Part shown: one piece after another, positions 13,581-25,204 of the stretch
Layout: each line of letters begins with the position of its first letter
Position numbering within the stretch: position 1 is the first letter of the stretch
The notes under the pieces: generated by a model
Told to the model about the DNA's origin: nothing
Database searches by the model: none
The model's input: the letters and a program-made list of their open reading frames with translations, nothing else
Position numbers and translations under genes: made by a program
Source of the DNA: Geosiphon pyriformis uo1
Lineage: Eukaryota > Fungi > Glomeromycota
DNA: 64,000 nucleotides
Assembly (NCBI GenBank): GCA_016748015.1
Contig: JAAOMT010000328.1
Span: 636,955-700,954 of the forward strand
Direction of reading: 5' to 3'

Positions 13581-16500
13581 CTATGAGAGAAATGAATCGT
13601 CGAATTCTTCATCTATTTCAAACCATTTTAAAGTTAAATATCAATAAAAATAATTAACATCATTATTAAAACAAATTTAAAGTGCTTACCGATTTCGTCA
13701 AATTTATTAGAGCTTGAGAAGTCAAATAGATAACTTGAGCTATTGGGATATTCCAGATCTGAAAAAAAGACGTTTAAATCAAAAAAGTTATTTACCTAGT
13801 AAAAAAAATACCAAATAAAAGGCTTACCATATATAGGGTTTGACATTAATTGACTTTCTGAGATTAATTGAATTTCTGAGATTAATTGACTTGTATAACC
13901 TATTATATCACAGGTAACACCTCTTTTTCTAGGGATAGGTTCATTTAAGTTACAGTAATCGTGAGCGGCAATTACTCTATGTTGAAGTTCTTCTGCAGTA
14001 TCACGATAATACGGATCTTGATGCCAATTTTTTCGAATAATTTCCTGAATATATTGAGGTGTATGCTTTTCATCAATTATAGGGCGCTTTCCTTTAAACA
14101 CTTCAAATGGCAAGCGCTTAAGATCTTTAATATTATTCCAAGGTATTTCTCCTGAAATAATTTGCCAGGAAATGATAGCAAAACTGTAAATATCGCTGTA
14201 CGTGGTATGACCAGACGAGTTAAAAATTTCAGGCGCTAGGTATTGGACAACGCCATAAACCTCCTCAGATTGTGAAGAGTAATTGGCAGGACGACAGAGT
14301 CCTAGGTCAGCGATGACAACTTTTAAGGGGTTTGATTTCAAAACAAGGATATTGCCAGGATGTAAGTCCCCATGGACTAGTTTTGAGTCATGTATAAACC
14401 TTAGGCCACTAACGATTTGAAAAAGAATACGAAGAACCATTTCCCAAACAAGAGTGTTTTCGTTCATCTTGAGAAAAGCACCGAGGTCCCCGTGTTCCGC
14501 AAATGGTAAAACCATAATAAATTCATCGGTTGTAGCATCTTTGGTTATTCCATAGCATTGGAGGATGTATTTGCAAGAGGCACTTTTAAGATGCGCAATA
14601 AACTATTTCAAAGCGTTTTCTTGCGTTAGAAAAAGAAATTAGAATAATAAAAATCATATTGATTTCTTAAAAGTAAATACCTCATCTGAATTAATATATT
14701 TTATATTTTGGCTATCTTTAAGATATTTCAAAGCAACTTTTGTAACACCACTCCGTTCATATTTTTGATTTTTCTTGTCCCAAAATAAAATTTTGCCTTT
14801 CTTCCAACTTCCTTTTTTAACAAAACCAAATCCTCCCTCTCCCACCTTATCTAAAAATTCAATCTCGTCGGGAGAAATCCATTCCAAAAAGCCTTTGCTG
14901 CTTTCAGAATTTCGCTGTGTATATATTATATATTGTTTAATATTCGTGTTTCCACTTTTCCAACTTCCCAAAAACTTTGAAAATCTTGAATTTTCACAAA
15001 ATCTACACCAAAGTGGATCTTTTAATGTTCTATCGCATTCTAGACATTTCGGCAAGCCGGCTTCAAATACACTTTTATGACTTTTATCGGTATCACAAAA
15101 TGGACATATAGGAGATCCACTAATGATTATACCCAAGTTACCACATTTAAGACACTTGAATTCATCCGAAAGCTCGTCAAAGAAAGCTTCAAAATGTAAA
15201 TCTCGATTTTGATATTGCAAAATGAAAAGTTCCAGATGATTTTGATCAAGGCCATTCAAATCAGGAAAATCACTTCGATAAATTAAGTTATTTGCCTCTG
15301 CTGCTTTTGAATAAATTACAAGTGCTTTTTCTAAGTTTTTTGTCGTTCCCCATCCATTTTGGTAGCACCATCCAAGGTTGTATTGTGCATTTTGATTTCC
15401 AGCCTCTGCTGCTTTTAAATAGGATTTAAATTCGTTTTCTAAATTTTTCGCTGTTCTCCATCCATTTCGATAATGCGTTCCAATATTGGTTTGTGGATCC
15501 GGATTTCCCGCTTTTTCCAGATCTTTTTTTATTTCTAGTCTATCTCGACATGTACCAATTTTAATTTTTCCAATTATACTTCCCGCCTCTGCAGCTTTTG
15601 AATAGAGTTCAAATGCTTTTTCCTCATTTTTGGTCGTTCCCCATCCATTTGTATAACAAGTTCCAAGACGTATTTGTGCATTTGTATGTCCCGCCTCTGC
15701 AGCTTTTGAATAGAGTTCAAATGCTTTTTCCTCATTTTTGGTCGTTCCCCATCCATTTATATAAGAAAATCCAAGATTGTATTGTGCATATGTATCTCCC
15801 GCCTCTGCAGCTTTTGAATAGAGTTCAAATGCTTTTTCCTCATTTTTAGTCGTTCCCAATCCATTTTGATAACAAAATCCAAGATTTACTTGTGCATTTG
15901 TATCTCCCGCCTCTGCAGCTTTTGAATAGAGTTCAAATGCTTTTTCCTCATTTTTGGTCGTTCCACATCCATTTCGATAACAAAGTCCAAGTTTGTATTG
16001 TGCATTTGTATTACCCGCCTCTGCAGCTTTTGAATAGAGTTCAAATGCTTTTTCCTCATTTTTAGTCGTTCCCCATCCATTTTGATAACAAAGCCCAAGA
16101 TTGTATTGTGCATTTGTATATCCCGCCTCTGCAGCTTTTGAATAGAGTTCAAATGCTTTTTCCTCATTTTTGGTCGTTCCCCATCCATTTCTATAACAAT
16201 TTCCAAGTTCGTCTTGTGCATTTGTATTACCCGCCTCTGCAGCTTTTGAATAGAGTTCAAATGCTTTTTCCTCATTTTTGGTCGTTCCGCATCCATTTAT
16301 ATAACAAACTCCAAGATTGTATTGTGCATATGTATTACCCGCCTCTGCAGCTTTTGAATAGAGTTCAAATGCTTTTTCCTCATTTTCGGTCGTTCCCCAT
16401 CCATCTCTATAACAAGTTCCAAGACTTATTTGTGCATTTGTATGTCCCGCCTCTGCAGCTTTTGAATAGAGTTCAAATGCTTTTTCCTCATTTTTGGTCG

Positions 16501-18265
16501 TTCCCCATCCATTTCTATAACAATTTCCAAGATTGTATTGTGCATTTGTATTTCCCGCCTCTGCAGCTTTTGAATAGAGTTCAAATGCTTTTTCTAAATT
16601 TTTCGTTGTTCCCCATCCATTTCTATAACAATTTCCAAGATTGTATTGTACATTTGTATGTCCCGCCTCTGCAGCTTTTGAATAAAGTTCAAATGCTTTT
16701 TCTAAATTTTTCGTTGTTCCCCATCCATTTCGATAACAAAGTCCAAGATTGTATTGTGCATATGTATTACCCGCCTTTGCAGCTTTTGAATAGAGTTCAA
16801 ATGCTTTTTCTAAATTTTTCGTTGTTCCCCATCCATTTCGATAACAAAGTCCAAGATTGTATTGTGCACTTGTATGTCCCGACTCTGCAGCTTTTGAATA
16901 AAGTTCAAATGCTTTTTCCTCATTTTTCGTTGTTCCCCAGCCATTTCTATAACAATTTCCAAGATTGTATTGTGCATTTGTATTACCCGACTCTGCAGCT
17001 TTTGAATAAAGTTCAAATGCTTTTTCCTCATTTTTGGTCGTTCCCCATCCATTTGTATAACAAGTTCCAAGACTTATTTGTGCATTTGTATGTCCCGCCT
17101 CTGCAGCTTTTGAATAGAGTTCAAACGCTTTTTCCTCATTTTCGGTCGTTCCCCATCCATTTATATAACAAAGCCCAAGATTGTATTGTGCATATGTATT
17201 ACCCGCCTCTGCAGCTTTTGAATAGAGTTCAAATGCTTTTTCCTCATTTTTGGTCGTTCCCCATCCATTTCGATAACAAAGTCCAAGTTTGTATTGTGCA
17301 TTTGTATCTCCCGCCTCTGCAGCTTTTGAATAGAGTTCAAATGCTTTTTCCTCATTTTTGGTCGTTCCGCATCCATTTATATAACAAACTCCAAGATTGT
17401 ATTGTGCACTTGTATCTCCCGCCTCTGCAGCTTTTGAATAGAGTTCAAATGCTTTTTCCTCATTTTTGGTTGTTCCCAATCCATTTGTATAACAAAGTCC
17501 AAGATTTAATTGTGCATTTGTATGTCCCCCCTCTGCAGCTTTTGAAAAGAGTTCAAATGCTTTTTCCTCATTTTTGGTCGTTCCCGATCCTTTTCGATAA
17601 CAATTTCCAAGATTGTATTGTGCATTTGTATTACCCGACTCTGCAGCTTTTGAATAAAGTTCAAATGCTTTTTCTAAATTTTTCGTTGTTCCCCATCCAT
17701 TTCTATAACAATTTCCAAGATTGTATTGTGCACTTGTATGTCCCGACTCTGCAGCTTTTGAATAAAGTTCAAATGCTTTTTCCTCATTTTTCGTTGTTCC
17801 CCATCCATTTCGATAACAAAGTCCAAGATTGTATTGTGCATATGTATTACCCGCCTTTGCAGCTTTTGAATAGAATTCAAATGCTTTTCCTGTATCTTTT
17901 AAAGTACCAATTCCATTATCATAACAATAACCTAGGAAGAATTGTCCAAAAGAATCGTTTGCCTTTGCTGCTATTTGAAATACTAAAAATGCTATTGTTA
18001 AATTAGGAATAGTTCCAATCCCATGTTCTAAAGAAAAGCCGAGCAAAATATAGTCTATTGAACGCTTTGAACTTTTATTTTTCAAGCAATTGAATAAGTC
18101 TTCAGGTGTTTTTTGATTACGCACAAGATATTTTTTCACCAAGTCGGCAACTTTTGAATATTCACTAGCTGGAAAAATGGACAAATTTTCTTTGATGACA
18201 ATCAATGCTTCTTCAAGCCATTCGAGAGATGATGTTGTCTTTTCAATTGATGAAGTTGAAGACAT
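13581..18265 (-). CDS. Sel1-like repeat protein kinase (TKL-like). Predicted exons 18265-14681, 14602-13828, 13758-13690, 13612-13581
   Basis: About 24 Sel1 repeats (AQYNLGxCYxNGWGTTKNEEKAFELYSKAAEAG), a Cys-rich linker, and kinase motifs GEGGFG, VALK, HGDLHPGN, ADLG and YLAPE. GT-AG introns join the ORF pieces in frame. Confidence 0.9.
15560..17960 (-). repeat. Coding tandem array of 108-bp (36-aa) Sel1 repeats
   Basis: Near-identical 108-bp units are directly visible. Confidence 0.95.
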
Positions 18266-19333
18266 GATTTTAAACTTTCAATATTTTTGGATGGGTAAAG
18301 AAGGGAGATTTATCTTGTTATTAAATAAGAAATTTGAAACGCCAAAAAGTTCTGAAAATAGATACTAACTTAATCCTCTCATTTACATTACTTAAAACGG
18401 GTAGAAACTCAGGTTTCAATAGCTGATCAAGTTTAAACTTTAAAAATTTTAAGAATTTTTATCGTCTTTCAATTGGTAAATATTTTATATAAATATTATA
18501 CATTAGATAAAATTTTAATTATAAAAATTAATAATTATACAGTACATGGTCAGTAAACATTTTTTATATTTTTATTTATACCTTTGATGTGTTAAAGGTG
18601 GTAGCTTTATTTTTAAAGATTAATAAAGAAGATGTAGGGGGGGGGGGAATAGAAATTAACAAAATGTTAAAAGTATGTACACTCTGTATTCTTTTTTACA
18701 TTAATAGTTACTTACTTAGAAAAAAAAAAATTTGATGAAAATGAAAGTGTGAACATTATTGAAAATTATAAAAAAGTTATTTAAGCTATTAATTGTAATA
18801 TGTTTAATTTAATGCTGCTTACGAAATCCATCATTTGTTTCTTTATATGAATACAAAAGAATATTTAGTAATCTGGTAAAAAAAGAAGTGCCAATATATT
18901 GATGAAAGAAAGATGGTGATGAAAGATGGAGTATTCACGTTTGCTATAACTTTGGGGATGGCAAGCTGGAATTTCTAGTGTATTCGAAAACTCTTTTTGA
19001 ATGTTGTATTAAATATTTTTTTTAAACTTATACATTTGATTTATTTTAAATGAATTTTTTGCATACCGTTTTTAACGTTTTTTATTAATAAATAAATAAA
19101 TAAATAAAATAAATAAATAAATAAATAAATAAAATAAATATTATCAATGAAAAAATATTATCAATGAAAAAATATTGCCCTTTAAGATTTACCACATTCC
19201 ATTTTCAAAGATTGTTATTTTGGCATTTCACCTGATCGCTAAAGGATTTGATCCATGATAAAATTAAAGGCTGTAGCTCTGAAACTTAACTTCAACACTA
19301 TCTAAATATTTTTGCTTTCAAAATCGAAACACT
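18266..19333. promoter_or_regulatory. Shared intergenic region of two divergently transcribed genes (putative bidirectional promoter)
   Basis: Head-to-head starts at 18265(-) and 19334(+). Contains a poly-G tract (~18637-18648), (TAAA)n at ~19086-19140 and a 17-bp direct duplication at ~19137-19175. Confidence 0.5.
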
Positions 19334-20243
19334 ATGGAATTTCCCTCGTTAGGCAAAACTTGTTCTTTTAAAAGTTGTGGAGATCTTGGTATGTATCTAT
19401 AAGTCACTTGACTCTGATATTTTTTCACAAGGGTCATTCACGGAGTGGTGGTTGACTTTGGAAAAAAATCTATGCTATCCACTAGAACTCTCCTGTGACT
19501 AACAACATGTCACGGACATATCACATTCCCAAAATAGATTTTTTACCGTTTCTTTGTGCTTGTTGTGGTTTAAACTTCTGGCAGGTTTTATTAAAAAAAG
19601 AGAGGGGGAAGAAGTGGTATCAATGGCAGCTTGGCAGGAAGAAAAATAAAAAATTTCAAGAATAATAATAATAATAATTTTTTAAACTTGTTAATCTTTG
19701 ATTGGATTCTTTGGTTTTATATCTTTATAATACAGTCTCAATCATCGGTATCCAGTGGCTCACCAGTGTGGTCGTTGGGAACAAAATGAAAGGGTAAGTG
19801 ATCGAGATGACTTTTTAAAGGATTTTTTTTTGTTGAAATTGTTTTATTTCATAAAATCTTTAATATTATTTTTTGCGCCGTTTCAATCAAAGAATGTTCA
19901 TTTATGCGAGATATGTTCCTCAATGATTTTGGTTCCAACGAATAAATCTGTGAATGACACGGTAATTTGTGGAAGTAATCTTTAATCTTTGAAATTCAAT
20001 TCACGTTTAATGAACTCAAATATTTTTTATTAGATTGCAGAGCATCGAACCTCTAATTGTACCCATCACCTTCTTTCCTCACTTCACCCATCCACTCGAA
20101 AAAAATGTATATGGTCTGATTGCAGATCTATCACGGAGGCTAGTCGTGGTGAAAATTCGTTTGTGATTGTGGTTTGTGATGGATGTGGTGGGATTTTTTG
20201 CTTAAAGTAAGTTGAATAGAATTATCAAATTTGAATATTTAGC

Positions 20244-20274
<31 letters not shown>

Positions 20275-21175
20275 TAATCCATCAGTTAGGATTTTATGAC
20301 TTATTATCAATTTATTTCTAAATACATTTCATAAATCATCTGCATGTTAAGACACCGCTATCCAGCTGCACATAATTGCGCATCATTAAATGTGACCGCA
20401 GAAGCTAAGGCAAAACGACGGGAAAATGCAGATATCATTATTGCTGAATATCGTAAAGCATCCGAAGCTAGGTCATTGCTTAACTCTACCTCCAATCCAA
20501 TTTCAATAACTACCACAAAATCTGCATCTACAATTAAACCAAAAAAGAAGGGCAGCAAATTGATCGAGGTGATGAAAATGAAATCAAAAGCTCAGGTTTT
20601 CAATCGACTTATTGATTCTCGTTTGAGGAGTTTTTTCTAGTGGACTTTTAATGGTAATTTATAATTTTGATATAGGGTGAGGCCTCAATTCCTCAAGACG
20701 CTCGAATATATGTTTCTGTAAGCTTTCCACGAGACTACAAAATACTGGCTAAACCATTATTTTTTAATAAGGTAGTGGAGAAACTTTTCTTTATGAAATA
20801 AGTTCTTTATTCGCGTTTGAATGAATTTTCTATTTATTCTATTCGATTTTTCCAAATGTTAGAACTGGACGATTGGCAAAGTACTTGATCAAATTGCGGT
20901 TTCCGTTAAGATTCGAAATGTGAATAATCAGCTGACACCCGACAATTTGGAGGTAATATTACTTTGTGGTTCGAGTCTTAAACCTGAAAATTCTCACTAT
21001 TCACACAAAAAACGTATCAATCTCTTTTATTTATGTAAAGTATTTGGTCTTGTTAAATAAAGAAACTGGTGAAATATTGGAGATGGCTCGAAAATTTGGT
21101 GATTTGGTCGAGAGTGGAGCCGAGATTTTATTGGAAAAGCAAAGTCTAATTGGTGAATACACATTGAATAATTGA
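19334..21175 (+). CDS. ZFAND1: AN1-type zinc finger protein with C-terminal ubiquitin-like domain (ZFAND1/Cuz1-like). Predicted exons 19334-19388, 19538-19580, 19736-19793, 19893-19961, 20034-20206, 20352-20595, 20676-20771, 20863-20952, 21041-21175
   Basis: Spliced product MEFPSLGKTCSFKSCGDLDFLPFLCACCGLNFCLNHRYPVAHQC; second AN1 finger CDGCGGIFCLKHRYPAAHNC; MKMKSKAQGEASIP and FFNKNWTIGKVLDQIA...NVNN, typical of ZFAND1. Confidence 0.88.
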
Positions 21176-21429
21176 AAGCGCTAACGATGAATATTTTTAA
21201 GATAATTCAATTTTTATTTTCGTTGAAGCTGGTAAAAAATAGTCATTCTCAATTAACAGATTTATGTGTTGCAAATGCATATGCATATGCAAATGGATAT
21301 GCATATGCATCTTTTAAAATAAAGTGTAAACAAAACATGGGACTTTTATTCAAGTTGAAATTTTTATCAAATGAAAATTGTGATGTCAATGTGTTTTTAA
21401 ATAATAAATTTATTATTATTATTTAACTT

Positions 21430-21822
21430 ATTTTTTCTAATTTATATAATTTTTAATAATTATTTACATATAAGTTTATATTTTAGTTTTATTAATTTTT
21501 ATTTGCCATTTATAAACTTACTTTTTACATTTTTGATTTTGTTTAAACATATAATTAAAATTTCTAAAATAGAAATAAACTTTTTAAAAATAATTGTTAT
21601 ATTACAGTTATATTAATAAAATTTATTTTAACTAATTCAGTTTTTGTGTTTTTAAAAATTTAAACAAATAAATTTTTGTTTTTAATATGTTATTTTAACA
21701 AAATAATAAACATAATTATTATTTCTAATTTTTTAAATACTTGGTTTTATAGGCTTAAAATATTTTTATGTTTTATTTATTATAAAAGTTAAAAAAAAAT
21801 TAAGATTTAATTCTTTGAATTG

Positions 21823-21871
<49 letters not shown>

Positions 21872-24800
21872 TTATTTTATAAAAATATTATATACAATTT
21901 TTATCAAATTGTATATATGTTTTAAATTATTATTTTTTACAAATTTTAAAAACACATAATAATTTTATAATGTTGTAAATAAATTTAAAAACATAAATAA
22001 AATATTTAACAACTTATTTTATATATTATTTATTATTGTATATATTATTTTATATATTATTATTAATTTAATATAATTTAAAATATATAAAAAACAATAT
22101 ATAAATATAAATTATTTAATAATAAATATTTTTTAATTATTATATATTTATTTATTTATTTTTAAATATACAATAAAAATCAATTATTATTATTATATAT
22201 AAAATTTAACTACTATTTAATATAATATAATTATTAAATAAGTTTTAAATTAAATATGTATTTTTTATATATAATTAAACACAATCGTTAAACCTAGTAA
22301 AAAAAAACACAAATTTAATTTAAGCTAAATTATATTGAAATTACAAAAACAAATTTATCAAAAAACTATTTTTTAAATAATTTTAATTATTTTAATATTA
22401 TTAAAAATTATATCAACTAATTATATAATAATTTTATTTTCTATTTTTTTAATTTTATGTAATAATTATAATTTATATTTATTATTTATAGTTTTAAATA
22501 CTATTATTATCAAAATTAATATTTTAAAAAGTATTATATTTAATAAAAAATTCTTAAATATTAATATTGTTTTAAGTATTAAAGTTTAAATTATTTGATT
22601 ATAGATTATTTAATATTGTTATATTTTTTTTTAAGTTTACTATTAGATTTAAAGTTTTTAAAATTTTTTTTATTAATATTAAGTTTTATATTAAGGTTTT
22701 TGTTTTTATAATTTATATTGTTGTTGTTTTACTAACTGCTTTTTTGTTGTTATTGTTGTTAATTTTATAATTGGTTTTTGTTTGGTTTTTTTAAAATTTA
22801 ATATAATTAATTTGGTTTTATTAATTAAATTTGTTAAGTTTTTTGGTGTTTTGATTTAATTAGTAATTAAATTAATTAATGTTTTTTGTTTTAATTGTAA
22901 AAATAAGAGATTTGTTTTTTGTTTTTTAAACTAAATTAAATAATATTGGCAAATTTATTAATAACTTAAATTTAAAAATTACAAAGCTTAATTTAAAGTT
23001 TAATTATAATAATAATAATAAAAATATTATAAATATTATTATTGATAATAAAATATATGTTTAAATAATAATTTTATAAAAATTTTAACTATTTAATATC
23101 AAGTTTTATATAAATAAAACTGTTATATAATTAAATAATTTAATAAAAACAGTAATTTATTAATTGTTTTTATGTAAAAAATATTTGTTAAAATAGGTTT
23201 TCTTTTATAAATTCAATTTAGTTTGGCTTTTACTAAATTAAATAACTAGTTATATATAATAAAAATAATAATTATTTTAAGTTTTTATATTTTAATTTAT
23301 AATTAATAATTGAATTATACTTTATAAAATCAATAAAAAAAAGATATTAAAGTTTTTTAAAAAAAATATTAATAATAATATATAATATTAATTATTATTT
23401 AATTGTATTTAATTGTATTTATATTATTTAATTAAAATTAATAAAATTTAATGTTGTTTTTTTGATAAGTTAATAATTTTTAATAAAATTAATTATAAAA
23501 TATATTTTTTTTTAAAATAAATTATTATAATATTAAATTATTTTATTATAATAATTAAATTACTAAATTTTTTTAATTATTATAATTAAAAATAATTGGT
23601 TTAAATTATTAAAATTTTAAGAATAATATATATAAATTATATTTAATTTTAAATAAAATTTTTGAATTTTTTAAAAATATATTTTATTAGAATTAATTTG
23701 GTTTTAATATATATATATTTTTTAATAATTTAATAAGTAAAACCTAATTACTATATAATATAATACAATAACTAAATATTTTAAACTAAATATAACTTAT
23801 ATATTTTTTATATATAACTAATTATTTAAATAGTTATATTATTATTAAAACTTAAATAAAATAAACAATATATATATATTTTAAAACTTATACTAAAAAT
23901 CTTAGTTATATTTAATAAAATAATTAGCAAATTATAATAAAAAATATTAAATTGTTATTATACATAAATTTAAACTTATTTATATCAGTTTTATATTTAA
24001 ATATACATTATTATCAGCCGAAATTTAAGATATTATTTGACATAAAATTAGTTTTTTAATTTTTATTATTAATTAGTATATATTATTATTTTAATTTATT
24101 ATTTATTATCTTATTAAATTATCTGAATTATTATTTAATCAATAATTTAATTTGTACAAAACACAAATAAAACCAAATTGTAATAATTAAATTATGTAAT
24201 ATACTGAACTATTTAATATTAAAATATTCAACAGTTTACTGAAATAACTCCTAATTTGTAAAAATAACTTGTAGTTTAACAAAATATATTTTTAGTTTAT
24301 TAAGAAATTAAAAAAAATATATATATTAAATTATAAAATAATATTATAACAAATTATATAAAAGAAGAATTAATATTTTTTATTAAATATTTTAGTTAGA
24401 ATTATTCTTTTTACAAATTAATTACAATAAAACTTGTTTTAAAAAACATAAAAATTCTTAATTATTCTTGTTTAAAAATTTATTATTCTATACTAATAAT
24501 CTAAAATTAATTAAGTATTAATTTTAGTAATTATTAGTAATTTTTAAGTCTAAATTCAAAACAATTTTTTTAACATATTTCTTGTTTTTTTTTGGTTATT
24601 TTCTTTTATCTTTTTTTTTATTTTTTTTATATTATTGAAAAGTCTACAGTCAAGATTTTTCTGTAGAAAAATTAACTTTATAACAAAATAACTATATACA
24701 ATTTTAAAAAACTTACAAATAAAATTTTTTTGTAAAAAAATTAATTTTTATTACAAAATAACTATCCAAGTAATTGACATAAAATTGGCTATTTTATTAT

Positions 24801-25200
24801 AAGTTTAATAGTATATATAGTTTAAAGTATTAAGAGATACTTTGAAAAAAAATTAACTTATTAAAGGTTTATTAATTTTTATCAACAATAGAATTAATAA
24901 TAAAACAATATTAATAATATTAAAAAAAGGATAAAAAAATCTTTGATAACATAATTAAATTTTATTATAATATTTAATAATTAAATTATATACAAAATTA
25001 ATATACTTTCTTAGAACTAACAAAAATTATTAAAACCAATTTTTAAAAACAAAATTTTTGTAAAAAATTATATATAAATTAATTAATATTAATAAATATA
25101 AAAAAATAGATTTTAATTTTAAATGTTTTTTTTAAGCTAAAATTATTTAAAACTTTTAAATTATAATTAAAAATAAGAATATTAACTTATAAAATAATAA
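21430..25200. other. Extremely AT-rich tract, probably fully eroded TE relics
   Basis: Almost no G/C. The ttgttg-rich stretch at ~22700-22950 resembles an antisense Gln-rich gag region. Not assignable with confidence. Confidence 0.4.
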
Positions 25201-25204
25201 TATT

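Noticed and set aside
15560-17960. CRISPR-like regular repeat array
   Set aside because: The units are contiguous coding repeats with no unique spacers, there are no cas genes, and the context is eukaryotic.
16108-18006. 632-aa ORF on the + strand, and other overlapping ORFs at 15574-17880
   Set aside because: Antisense or alternative-frame shadow of the 108-bp Sel1 repeat; a stop-free unit repeats automatically.
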